A stretch of DNA of 64,000 bases. It comes from Deltaproteobacteria bacterium (GTDB lineage Bacteria > Bdellovibrionota > UBA1018 > UBA923). The stretch lies in the NCBI GenBank assembly GCA_016186905.1, contig JACPKS010000069.1, positions 1,766 to 65,765 of the forward strand, read 5' to 3'. The position numbers were made by a program, and so were the translations under genes. A model generated the notes under the pieces. It was not told the origin of the DNA, did not search any database, and saw only the letters and a list, made by a program, of their open reading frames with translations. Positions 37,354 to 46,460 of this stretch are shown piece by piece (position 1 is the first letter of the stretch; every line of letters starts with the position of its first letter).

Positions 37354-39732
37354 GTGAAGCTTCTCAAAAAACTGTTGCACGCAACCCCGTTCAAGCTTTC
37401 GCTCGCCATCGTCCTCGTTTTTCTCGGATCCACGATTCTTTACGACCTCAACCCGACATCGTCGTCGCTGATCGGCGCGATCGAACAAAAGAGTCTCGAC
37501 TTCAAATTCCGGTTTCGAGGATTCGAGCCGCCGAAATCCAATATCGTCATCGTCGCGGGCGACGAAAAATCGTTTCAGGCCTTCGGGCAGTGGCCGTGGA
37601 ATCGCGGGACCGTGTTCGCTCCGGCCCTGGAACGGCTCTGCGGTTACCAGCCTCGCGCGGTAGGCCTCGACATCGTGTGGTCCGAATACGAGCGCCAGCT
37701 TCCGGAACAACTCAAAAAAACCCTGCAAAGCGCGTGGGGAGCCAAAACACCCTCGCTCGACGAGATCCTCGCCCAACAGAGCGGCGATACGGCCCTCCGG
37801 CGCGCGATCGAATTCTGCGGGAAGAAAATCGTGCTTGGATACGTTCTCGCGGCCGACGAAGCGGGCGGCCTTCCCAAAAAAGAATTCGAGAAGCGCCTCG
37901 AGATTCTCACCGAAAAGGGCGGCAATTCCATCGCGACACTTTCAAAAGGCCCGGTCCGCTATCCGCCCGACGCCCAGGATCCCAATGTACAGTTCAGCGA
38001 ATCGGCGCGAACCGGCCTGCTCAACATTCCCGAGATCACGCCTCCGGGCGTGGCGCAGGGATTTTTCAACAACGTACCCGACGGCGACGGCAACTACCGT
38101 CACGGAATTCTCTTTTACCGCACTCCAGCGGGCTTCGTTTCAAGCCTCACGCTGCGCATGGCGCAGAAGCAACTGAGCCGGGAGGACATCCCCCCGAACT
38201 TGCTCGTGCAGCCCTATCTCCCCGACCGCAACCAGGGCGAGGATCTGAAACTCGACATCAACACCGCCTCCGGCAAGCACACGGCGCCGATGGATCTGAC
38301 CGGCAAAGTGACCGTGAATTATCGCGGGCCCAACCAGACTTATCCCAACGTCAGTCTAGCCGACGTGCTCTCTCCCAAAGACACCATCGAATACGACATC
38401 GTGGACGCGAAGGAAGGCGTTAAGCACGTAAAGGTGCTTAAAGCCGAGCTTTTCAAAAACGCGCTCGTGCTCGTCGGCATCACCGCGGTCGGGCTCTACG
38501 ACATCCGGCCTCGTCCGTTCGACGGCCAGGCATCCGGCGTCGAAAATCACGCGAGCATTCTCGACAACCTCGTCGCCGACGACTTCCTCGTGCGGCCCAC
38601 GACCGAGTTGCTGCTCATACTCGACGTTGCGTTGCTCCTTGTCAGCCTTTTGTACGGCTTCCTCATCACGAAGGTCGACGCGCGATGGGGCGTCGTCGTC
38701 GCCGTCGCTTCGATCGCCGGACTTCTCGTGCTCGACCAGAAGTATCTCTTCAACCGCGGCACGCTCTTCTCGGGCTATCTCGTGGCGGCGCAATTCCTCT
38801 TTCAGTACATCGCCATCACGGCGCTCAAATACATGCGCGAGGAATCCGAGAAGAAATTCATCCGCTCGGCGTTCGACAAGTACGTCTCGCCCGCGATCAT
38901 CAACGAGATGCTCAAAGACCCGTCGAAGCTCAAACTCGGCGGCGACAAAAAAGAGCTCACGATCATGTTCAGCGACATCCGCGGCTTCACCGAGCTCTCC
39001 GAAAAAACCGAGGTGAAAGCGCTCACCCAATTCCTCAACGAATACCTGGGCTCGATGACCGATATCCTGCAAGGCAACCGCGGCACGCTCGACAAGTACA
39101 TCGGCGACGCGGTCATGGGTTTCTGGGGCGCGCCGCTCGATCTGCCGGACCACGCCGACCGCGCGGTGAAGACGGCGGTGCAGATGATCGAAAAACTCGG
39201 TGAACTGAATAAACGCTTCCAGCAAGCTTACAACCTCACCATCGACATCGGTCTGGGTATCAACACGGGATCCGTCTCGGTCGGGAACTTCGGTTCGAAC
39301 AAGGTCTTCGAGTTCACCGTCATCGGCGACAACGTTAACCTCGCCTCGCGGCTCGAAGGCCTCAATAAGTACTACGGCACCAACATCGTCATCAGCGAAT
39401 TCACGCACCGGCATCTGACCCCCGACACGTTCCTCACCCGCGAAATCGATATCGTCAAAGTGAAGGGCAAGAAAAAGGGCGTGAAAATCTATCAGGTCTT
39501 TCCCGACGACGAAGCCCACGCGACGCTGAAAACCTCGCTGAAACACTTCAACGAGGGCCTGCGTCTTTACTATGCGCAGCATTGGGACGCGTCGGTCGCC
39601 AAATTCAACGATGTGCTCAAAAACAGAAAGCAGGACAAGGTTACGCAAGAGTTGATCCGTCGCTGCGAGTTCTTCAACCAAAACACGCCTGGCGACACCT
39701 GGGACGGCAGCTGGGAGATGCAGACCAAGTAA
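37354..39732 (+). CDS. CHASE2 sensor domain-containing class III adenylate/guanylate cyclase
   Basis: 792 aa, GTG start. N-terminal TM, periplasmic CHASE2-like region, TM cluster, then cyclase domain LTIMFSDIRGFTELSE...YIGDAVMGFWGAP...GDNVNLASRLE. Confidence 0.88.
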   Translation: MKLLKKLLHATPFKLSLAIVLVFLGSTILYDLNPTSSSLIGAIEQKSLDFKFRFRGFEPPKSNIVIVAGDEKSFQAFGQWPWNRGTVFAPALERLCGYQPRAVGLDIVWSEYERQLPEQLKKTLQSAWGAKTPSLDEILAQQSGDTALRRAIEFCGKKIVLGYVLAADEAGGLPKKEFEKRLEILTEKGGNSIATLSKGPVRYPPDAQDPNVQFSESARTGLLNIPEITPPGVAQGFFNNVPDGDGNYRHGILFYRTPAGFVSSLTLRMAQKQLSREDIPPNLLVQPYLPDRNQGEDLKLDINTASGKHTAPMDLTGKVTVNYRGPNQTYPNVSLADVLSPKDTIEYDIVDAKEGVKHVKVLKAELFKNALVLVGITAVGLYDIRPRPFDGQASGVENHASILDNLVADDFLVRPTTELLLILDVALLLVSLLYGFLITKVDARWGVVVAVASIAGLLVLDQKYLFNRGTLFSGYLVAAQFLFQYIAITALKYMREESEKKFIRSAFDKYVSPAIINEMLKDPSKLKLGGDKKELTIMFSDIRGFTELSEKTEVKALTQFLNEYLGSMTDILQGNRGTLDKYIGDAVMGFWGAPLDLPDHADRAVKTAVQMIEKLGELNKRFQQAYNLTIDIGLGINTGSVSVGNFGSNKVFEFTVIGDNVNLASRLEGLNKYYGTNIVISEFTHRHLTPDTFLTREIDIVKVKGKKKGVKIYQVFPDDEAHATLKTSLKHFNEGLRLYYAQHWDASVAKFNDVLKNRKQDKVTQELIRRCEFFNQNTPGDTWDGSWEMQTK

Positions 39733-39733
39733 T

Positions 39734-40919
39734 ATGGCCGTCACGAAATCGCTCAAAAAAGGCGACATCCTCTTCAACGAGGGCGACCGCTCGGCTGCCA
39801 TGTACTTCGTTCAAAGCGGAACGCTTAGGCTCTACAAGAAAAAGGGCGCGAGTTCGATCGAGCTCGGCACCGTGCACACCGGCGAGGTGATCGGCGAGAT
39901 GGGATTCTTGGACGGCGGCCCCCGAAGCGCGTCCGCCGAGGCGATCCTCGACACTGAGCTCGTCGAAATCAACGGCGCGAACATGGCCGCGCCGATGAAA
40001 GACCTTCCCCCGTGGCTCATGGTGCTGCTCAAAACGATCGTCAACCGCCTGCGTTCGGCCAATAACAAGATCCGCCAACTTGAACTGGCGGGAAGCGTGC
40101 TGGATTACTCGGGCGGCGGCCCAACGGCCCGGCAATACGAATTTCTTTCGGTGCACGACGTGCTCAAGGTCTGCACGGCGGTTCTGCTCGTTGGCGCGCG
40201 CAACGGCGAACGCGCTCAAGTGCTCGATGGCCCGCATTCTCCGCTACGCCAACCAGATCATGAGCGTACCGCTCGCGAAGATCACCGAGATGCTCGGCAT
40301 CCTCGAGCGAGTGGGCCTCGCGAAAATCGACCGCACGGTTCCCGATAAACCCGACGTCTACCTTCTCGATCTCGATCAGCTCGAAGTTCTCGTCGCGTTC
40401 ATCAACGACGACAACCTTAAAAGCGACTCCAAACGCTTCAAGTTCAGCATCAAGGCTGTCGTGATCATGGGTTACGTGGTGAAGCACCTGGCGCTCTTTC
40501 CTCCCGACGAGGGCGGCATCTGCGAGGTGAACCTCGCGCGGATCATCGCCGCCGAAAAACAAGCTTCCGGAAAAGATCCCTTCCGCGTGGATGAGTTCGC
40601 CGAGCTCGCCAAAGCCAAACTCGCGACCGAGGCGGCGATGAGGGATGCCGAGAACATCATCACGAAGGTCAGCGGCAAAGACCTTACGCGGATGTATAAA
40701 ATTCAGAAGGCGTTAAAGGAAATCGAGATCGTAAACGAGAAAAAACGCGGCATCGTTCGGCGCACGACGCCCGCCGGAGAGGCTCCGCAGCGCCTCGGCG
40801 CCGCGCGGCCTGACTATGACGAGCAAAAGACAGGCGAAAAAACCGCGGCAGCGGGCGTTTCGTCAGCTGGCGGTCTCAATCCGATTCCTCAAACCGCTTC
40901 AAAAGCATCGGGAAAATAG
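39734..40919 (+). pseudogene. Cyclic-nucleotide-binding domain protein with uncharacterised C-terminal region, frame broken near 40210-40235
   Basis: ORF 39734-40348 carries the CNB domain (GDILFNEGDRSAAMYFVQSGTLRL...GEMGFLDGGPRSASAEA). ORF 40080-40919 continues (..MARILRYANQIMSVPLAKITEMLGILERVG...) in another frame. A 1-nt indel would join them. Confidence 0.7.
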
Positions 40920-40920
40920 G

Positions 40921-40946
40921 CCCGCCGGGCGGGGCGGCGGGTTTTT
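40921..40946. terminator. Rho-independent-type terminator at the convergent gene junction
   Basis: CCCGCCG-ggcgggg-CGGCGGG followed by TTTTT. Sits between the stop of the cNMP-binding gene (40919) and the stop of the minus-strand lipoprotein gene (40952). Confidence 0.7.
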
Positions 40947-40951
40947 CCCGC

Positions 40952-41296
40952 CTACTGTTTCTCGACCACCGTGCCTTCATCGAAAGCAACTCCGGGATCA
41001 ACTTTGATGACGGAATAGTGTTCATTTAACGCCCGGAGTACTCGCCCCTGGCCCAAGCTCACTTTCTTGCAATCACCCGTGCCTCCAGATCCCGATCTCA
41101 CGCCAGCTTTTGGTGAAGTGCACACGTTTTTATAGAGCGCGACCTCGTCACCGGCTTTCACCTCGTTATCGCCCATGCAGACGTGGGCCTCCTCATCGCT
41201 TACCTTCATGGCAACGGTGCCGCGCATTGTGCTGTGAGCGCAGCCGATCACGAAAACGGTCGCGACGAGCGCTATGAACCTGACGTTGTAGATCAT
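40952..41296 (-). CDS. Hypothetical lipoprotein
   Basis: ATG 41296 with AAGGAG upstream. Lipobox-like LVATVFVIGC. 114 aa. Lower-GC island. Confidence 0.5.
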   Translation of the reverse strand: MIYNVRFIALVATVFVIGCAHSTMRGTVAMKVSDEEAHVCMGDNEVKAGDEVALYKNVCTSPKAGVRSGSGGTGDCKKVSLGQGRVLRALNEHYSVIKVDPGVAFDEGTVVEKQ

Positions 41297-41499
41297 TGGA
41301 TGAATCTCCTTTGCTGGAAACCATAACTGAATCGGATCATTACACAAAGCACCGCTTCGCGGTGTACGTGACGGATTTGGCGGGGATGTCCGTCAGAGAA
41401 AAAACTGGCGCAGTGTCACAGGTGCGGTTTGGCAAACGTATTTACCATTTGAAGAAGACGCGGTTGTCGAGCGAAAATAAGTATATCGGAGCGGTCGCG

Positions 41500-42027
41500 G
41501 TGACGTATCTCAGATTTCAAAAGCTGCTGTTTGTCGCTTTTCTCGGTCTTTTTGCGCCCGATGTGTTTTCTCATGGTCCTGTTGGTCATCAAGGATGTTC
41601 CGGTGAGTCGCCGAATTCATGCGTTGGCGCTGAAGTGAAAGCTCCTGCTGACGAGTTTCGCACAAAGCTCCAGGAGATCAATAAGCGATACGTTGAACAG
41701 ATTAAGCCGATTTTCAGGGAAAAATGCGGCGATTGTCACAGTACGCGGATCCGGCTGCCTTGGTATTACCCGATTCCTGGCGTTCGCCAGCTGATCGACC
41801 GCGATCATCGCGAAGCCATGAAGCATCTCGATATTTCGGCTGACTTCCCATTCGGGGGGCATGGCACGCCAAAGGAGGACCTGCGTGCCATTCAAGAGAG
41901 CATCAGAAAAGATTCGATGCCGCCTTTTCGCTATCGTGTACTGCATAGGAATTCCAAGCTGACGGCGGAAGAGGAGAAAGCGGTGATGGACTGGGCGGCA
42001 AGCGGCGAAACATTTCTGGCAAAGTGA
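41500..42027 (+). CDS. Heme-binding-domain (CxxCH) protein, Haem_bd-like
   Basis: In ORF 41296-42027. GTG 41500 gives the signal-like FQKLLFVAFLGLFAPDVFSHG. CGDCHS heme c motif followed by LPWYYPIPGV...MPP, typical of the small heme-binding domain family. Start uncertain. Confidence 0.55.
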   Translation: MTYLRFQKLLFVAFLGLFAPDVFSHGPVGHQGCSGESPNSCVGAEVKAPADEFRTKLQEINKRYVEQIKPIFREKCGDCHSTRIRLPWYYPIPGVRQLIDRDHREAMKHLDISADFPFGGHGTPKEDLRAIQESIRKDSMPPFRYRVLHRNSKLTAEEEKAVMDWAASGETFLAK

Positions 42028-42101
42028 TTCAAGATTTCCGTGAACTCGAAGCTACCGTGAGGTCGATATGCGTGAATACGTAAGCAAGAAGGAGGAGATC
42101 G

Positions 42102-42407
42102 ATGAGCTCTAGATGGATTGCGGTGGTTGCGGTTGGTATTGGATGTTCGTTAAGTGCCTGGGCGCAAGGAATGGGCGGAAGCTCCATGCCAGGCGGCCAT
42201 ATGGAACAGATGCAAGGCGCCCAACACTCCCAGCACATGCAGGGCATGCAGCATATGCAACAGGGTATGGGGGGAATGCAGGACATGATGAAAAAAATGG
42301 ATCAGGACATGCGGAAAATGCAGGGCCAGATGCAAACGATGATGGGTGAGTTGGACGGCATGAAGGACGAGATGGCAAAATCCCAGGGAACTCAAAAGAA
42401 ACGATGA
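42102..42407 (+). CDS. Met/Gln/His-rich small periplasmic protein (probable Cu(I)/Ag(I)-type metal binder)
   Basis: GGAGG at 42091-42095, 6 nt before the ATG. Signal peptide ending SAWA. The mature part carries repeated MQGM/HMQ motifs. I count 19 Met in about 80 mature residues. Confidence 0.6.
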   Translation: MSSRWIAVVAVGIGCSLSAWAQGMGGSSMPGGHMEQMQGAQHSQHMQGMQHMQQGMGGMQDMMKKMDQDMRKMQGQMQTMMGELDGMKDEMAKSQGTQKKR

Positions 42408-43222
42408 ATGATTCATCGGACGGGTGGCGAACACTCAGGTGCGCGCTGCTTGTCGTATTTTGTTTGTCCTCGACTGGAGCTTTGGCGGGAGAGTTTAGTC
42501 TTAGCGGGACATCCCAGTATTTAAAATTGTCCGAGAAATTCGGAGGCGCGGAAAGCTACTCCCTCAGTCCCGGTGTTCGCTACGACGAGGGCGTTTGGTA
42601 TGCGAACGCGTATCTTCCGATCCTTTTTCAGACACGGAATTCGATGGCGCGAGTTGGCCAGATGACTGTGCCGGCGGGATCTTCCGGCATGGGCAGCGGC
42701 GGGATGTCTAACCACATGGGCACCAGTGGTGGTGGGATGAGCGGCGGTATTCGCCCCGCTCTCGGAGATCTGTATTGGAATGGCGGTTACCGCATTTTTG
42801 CCGAAGAAGATATTCTTCCCGCCGTTTGGCTCACCGCTCAGACCAAGGCACCGACTGCCATGAGCGGGTTTGGTACCGGAGCGTGGGATTTCGGCGGAGG
42901 AGCGGGACTCAAGAAAACGTTCGGATCTTTCCTGAGTTTTCTGGATCTCGCGTATCTTGTTACTGGAACCGCGTACCGGGATCCCCTGATCTACGGTTTT
43001 GGCGCGGGACCGGTGCTTGGTGACGGCCTGTGGTCGATCCTGCTTTATTACCAGGGATCGACGCCGGTGCTGGATGGGCTTGCCGGCCAAAGCCAGTTGT
43101 CCGCGGGGGCGAACCTCCGAACAAGCGAGGATTTTTTTCTTTCGGCCACCGTGGCGCGCGGGTTCAGTGATTCGGTTCCCGAGATGAGCGCGGCGGCCGG
43201 GGCTTCAGTATATTTACGTTAG
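42404..43222 (+). CDS. Putative outer-membrane beta-barrel protein with Met/Gly-rich loop
   Basis: ATGA overlap with the previous gene. Signal peptide LLVVFCLSSTGALAG. Alternating barrel-like segments. ALGDLYW and KAPTAMSGFGTGAWDF recall the MetA-pathway/'transporter' OM barrel family (by eye). Loop SSGMGSGGMSNHMGTSGGGMSGG. Confidence 0.45.
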   Translation: MNDSSDGWRTLRCALLVVFCLSSTGALAGEFSLSGTSQYLKLSEKFGGAESYSLSPGVRYDEGVWYANAYLPILFQTRNSMARVGQMTVPAGSSGMGSGGMSNHMGTSGGGMSGGIRPALGDLYWNGGYRIFAEEDILPAVWLTAQTKAPTAMSGFGTGAWDFGGGAGLKKTFGSFLSFLDLAYLVTGTAYRDPLIYGFGAGPVLGDGLWSILLYYQGSTPVLDGLAGQSQLSAGANLRTSEDFFLSATVARGFSDSVPEMSAAAGASVYLR

Positions 43223-43305
43223 CGTTAGCATCCGGTGATCCGAATTCAATACTCGTGTTTGCCTTGGCTCTCCTTGTAGGTGTAGCGTTCACTTCTCCTT
43301 TTTTG

Positions 43306-46300
43306 TTACGAGACCGTTTCATCAATCAAAGTTCCGTATTTCCGTTCGATCCAGCTATAAAGAACCGGAACGACAATCAGTGTTAAAATCGTAGAGGTCG
43401 CTAATCCGCCAATCACAACCGTCGCAAGCGGTCGCTGCACCTCGGAGCCAGCCCCCGTGTTAAAGGCCATCGGAATGAATCCGAAGCTTGCGACCATCGC
43501 CGTCATCACCACGGGACGAAGACGTGTTAGTGCTCCCTTGAAAACGGTGATTTTTATGGTCGTACCCATTGAGCGGAGCTGATTGAAGAAACTCACCATG
43601 ACCATGCTATTGAGTGTCGCGACTCCGGTTAAAGCGATGAAACCAACTGCCGCAGATACGCTGAAATTGATTCCGCGAAGATAAAGCGCAAAAACACCTC
43701 CGACCATCGCAAACGGAATCGCGCTGAATACGAGCAGCGTATGCCTTAACGTTCCGAAGCTCTTGAGAAGAAGGAGAAGGATCACTGCCAATATCGCCGG
43801 AACGATCACCATTAGTCTGCTTTTCGCTTTTTCAAGATTTTTAAACTGGCCGCCCCAGGACAATTCATATTCCGGAGGAAGCTTCAATTCGCTTTCGATA
43901 CGTTGCTTTGCTTCGGCAACAAAACTTCCGATATCGCGATCTTTCAGAAAAATCGAAACAGCCGAATACCGGCGCGCAGCGCTTCGGGCAATGGTCGTCA
44001 CCTGATCTCTCTGTTTGATCTCCGTCACGGAAGAGAGCGGAATCGTGCCGCCCTCGGGAAGACCAACCGGAAGCTTGGAAATCTCCGCCGTATTGTTTCT
44101 TAAACTTTCATCGAGATGCAAAATAACCGGAAAACGCCGGTCCTCTTCGTAGTATGAGCCGACTTCGCGCCCGCTCATCGAAGCTTCCAGAATACCGTTG
44201 ACGTCTTTCAGTGAAATCCCGAGTCCCGCCATCTTTTCGTAGTTGAGCACGACATCGAGCACGGGACTTTTCGTCAGGGCCGTCAAAGGGTCAGACTCGA
44301 TCGAAGAAGTGCCTTTGACGCTAGAGAGAATTTCCTGAGCCTTCGTCGAATAATCGAGAAGCTTGTCGAGATCGGGGCCGAAGATGCGCAAGGAAACGTC
44401 CGCGCGTGAACCCTCAAGGATTTCGTTAAGGCGCATCTCAATCGGTTGAGTGGATGAGATTTCTTGTTTGGGATTATCTTTTTCGAGTTCTTCCTTCATG
44501 GCCTCAAAGAGCTGTTCTTTCGTGCGGGGCTTGCCATCGACAAGAGGCCACTGGCTCTTGTCCCTTTTTAAAACGACAAATGTATCAGCAAGGTGCGGTC
44601 CCATCGGATCAAGTGCTATTTCCGGAGTCCCCATTCTCGAAAAAACGCGCTCCACTTCCTCGAATTTGGAAATGATTTTCTCCGCCCGCTTCTGCCAGTG
44701 CACAGACGTATCGATGTCTTGCCGAGTTTCACGGGTAAGATTGATGAGAAGATCGCCTTCATCAAGTTGGGGCACGAAGTCTGACCCGAGCCTGAAAAAT
44801 AAAAGCAGCGCCAGAAGAGCAGGCAGCACGATAACCGCACCCACAAGCCAGCGGCGACTTAAGCTGAACTTAAGAGCAGGCTCGTAGAGACGATGAATTT
44901 GCCGGAATAGCCAAGGCTCTTTTCCATGCTCAATACGATCCGGGATAAAAAGATAGGCAAGGGCGGGCATGAGAAACAACGCCACAAACAGACTCGCCCC
45001 GAGTGCCAGAAGAACGGTCGCGGCCATTGGCCTGAACATCTTGCCCTCAACACCTTCGAGATACAGAATCGGAACATAGACGAGCATGATGATGAAGAGC
45101 CCGAACACGAGCGGTTTCATCACTTCACGGCTTGCACTCAGCACGATCTGAAATTTTTCCTTGCGGTCGATTTTGCGGCCGCGAAGTTCTTCGAATTGGC
45201 GGATGATGTTTTCGATCAGAACGACGGCGCCGTCGACCAAGAGGCCAAAGTCAATCGCGCCTAGACTCATCAGGTTTGCGGAGATTCCCCCGGTTTCCAT
45301 CCCCTTGAGCGCGAAGAGCATCGAGACCGGAATAGCCACCGTAACGATGAGGGCCGCGCGTAAATTCCCGAGGAGCAGAAGAAGAACGATAACCACGAGC
45401 GCTGCGCCTTCAGCCAAGTTTTTTAGAATCGTGTGGATCGTGGAGTTCACGAGATGGCTTCGCGAATAAACGACGCTAACCGCGACTCCGTCCGGCAACT
45501 TGATTTCGTTAAGCAATACCTTTTCAGCGCTTAGCGACACTTCACGGCTATTGGCGCCGATACGCATGAGTACCGTGCCAAGAACGGTCTCTTCACCTTC
45601 CGTTGTCGCGGCCCCCACTCTCAACGCGCCTTCCGCGCTGACATCGGCGACATCGCGGATTCGAATCGCCCGTCCGCCGACATTAAGCGCCAGCGGAAGA
45701 TTCTTGATGGTTTCCAGGCCGACCACTTGTCCGGTGGCGCGGATAATGATCTGCGTGCCTTCCTTTTGAATGTAACCGCCGCCGAAGCTTTCTCCGACAG
45801 AGTCGATCTTTGAGATGAACTTTTCCAAAGAAAGGCCGTTCCGCTCAAGGCGCTCCGGAAACACGTCGATATGAATCTGTTTGGTCAATCCGCCATTGGT
45901 GTCGACTTCAGCGACGCCTGAAAGTTTTTTCAATTGCGGCTTGATCACATACTCTTGCACTTCCTTGAGATAGAGAAGGCGTTCTCTTTCCGGTTTGGCG
46001 GCAAGCGCGGACCCCGCTTTGGGCTCCACGACGTACATCAAAACTTCGCCTAAACCGGTCGTAACCGGCGCAAGTTGCGGCGAGAGCCCATCGGGCAGAT
46101 TTGAGCGAACATTCTGCAATCGCTCGGCGACAAGCTGCCTTGCGAAGTAAATATTCGTACGATCTTCGAATATGATGACGATTTGCGAGAGCCCGTACTT
46201 TGACAAAGATCGAATATCTTCTACGCCCGGAATCCCCGCCATTTCGGTTTCAATCGGATAAGTGACAAGCTTTTCGATTTTGCCCGGGTCAAGCGCGCCT

Positions 46301-46458
46301 GTTTTTGTATTCACGACGACTTGAACATTGGTGATGTCAGGTACTGCGTCAATCGGCAGGTTCTTTGTGGCTAAAAGGCCCAGGGCACATACCGCAAGGA
46401 ATATGGTGAAGACCCATAGACGACTTTTTAATGCGGATTCCACAAGTTGATTAAGCAT
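43306..46458 (-). CDS. czcA: Heavy-metal efflux RND transporter, CzcA/CusA family
   Basis: ATG 46458, within ORF 43306-46503. About 1050 aa. AIDFGLLVDGAVVLIENI (TM4 acidic motif) and QPIEMRLNEILEGSRADVSLRIFG are typical of HME-RND pumps. Confidence 0.92.
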   Translation of the reverse strand: MLNQLVESALKSRLWVFTIFLAVCALGLLATKNLPIDAVPDITNVQVVVNTKTGALDPGKIEKLVTYPIETEMAGIPGVEDIRSLSKYGLSQIVIIFEDRTNIYFARQLVAERLQNVRSNLPDGLSPQLAPVTTGLGEVLMYVVEPKAGSALAAKPERERLLYLKEVQEYVIKPQLKKLSGVAEVDTNGGLTKQIHIDVFPERLERNGLSLEKFISKIDSVGESFGGGYIQKEGTQIIIRATGQVVGLETIKNLPLALNVGGRAIRIRDVADVSAEGALRVGAATTEGEETVLGTVLMRIGANSREVSLSAEKVLLNEIKLPDGVAVSVVYSRSHLVNSTIHTILKNLAEGAALVVIVLLLLLGNLRAALIVTVAIPVSMLFALKGMETGGISANLMSLGAIDFGLLVDGAVVLIENIIRQFEELRGRKIDRKEKFQIVLSASREVMKPLVFGLFIIMLVYVPILYLEGVEGKMFRPMAATVLLALGASLFVALFLMPALAYLFIPDRIEHGKEPWLFRQIHRLYEPALKFSLSRRWLVGAVIVLPALLALLLFFRLGSDFVPQLDEGDLLINLTRETRQDIDTSVHWQKRAEKIISKFEEVERVFSRMGTPEIALDPMGPHLADTFVVLKRDKSQWPLVDGKPRTKEQLFEAMKEELEKDNPKQEISSTQPIEMRLNEILEGSRADVSLRIFGPDLDKLLDYSTKAQEILSSVKGTSSIESDPLTALTKSPVLDVVLNYEKMAGLGISLKDVNGILEASMSGREVGSYYEEDRRFPVILHLDESLRNNTAEISKLPVGLPEGGTIPLSSVTEIKQRDQVTTIARSAARRYSAVSIFLKDRDIGSFVAEAKQRIESELKLPPEYELSWGGQFKNLEKAKSRLMVIVPAILAVILLLLLKSFGTLRHTLLVFSAIPFAMVGGVFALYLRGINFSVSAAVGFIALTGVATLNSMVMVSFFNQLRSMGTTIKITVFKGALTRLRPVVMTAMVASFGFIPMAFNTGAGSEVQRPLATVVIGGLATSTILTLIVVPVLYSWIERKYGTLIDETVS

Positions 46459-46460
46459 GT

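Noticed and set aside
42109-42434. His/Leu-rich antisense ORFs (for example HLVLHAVQLTHHRLHLALHFPHVLIHFFHHVLH) opposite the Met-rich gene. These could be mistaken for a His-rich metal-binding protein.
   Set aside because: This is a mirror effect: ATG (Met) reads as CAT (His) on the other strand. The + strand ORF has a strong SD (GGAGG, 6-nt spacer), a signal peptide and ATGA coupling to the next gene. The antisense ORFs have none of these.
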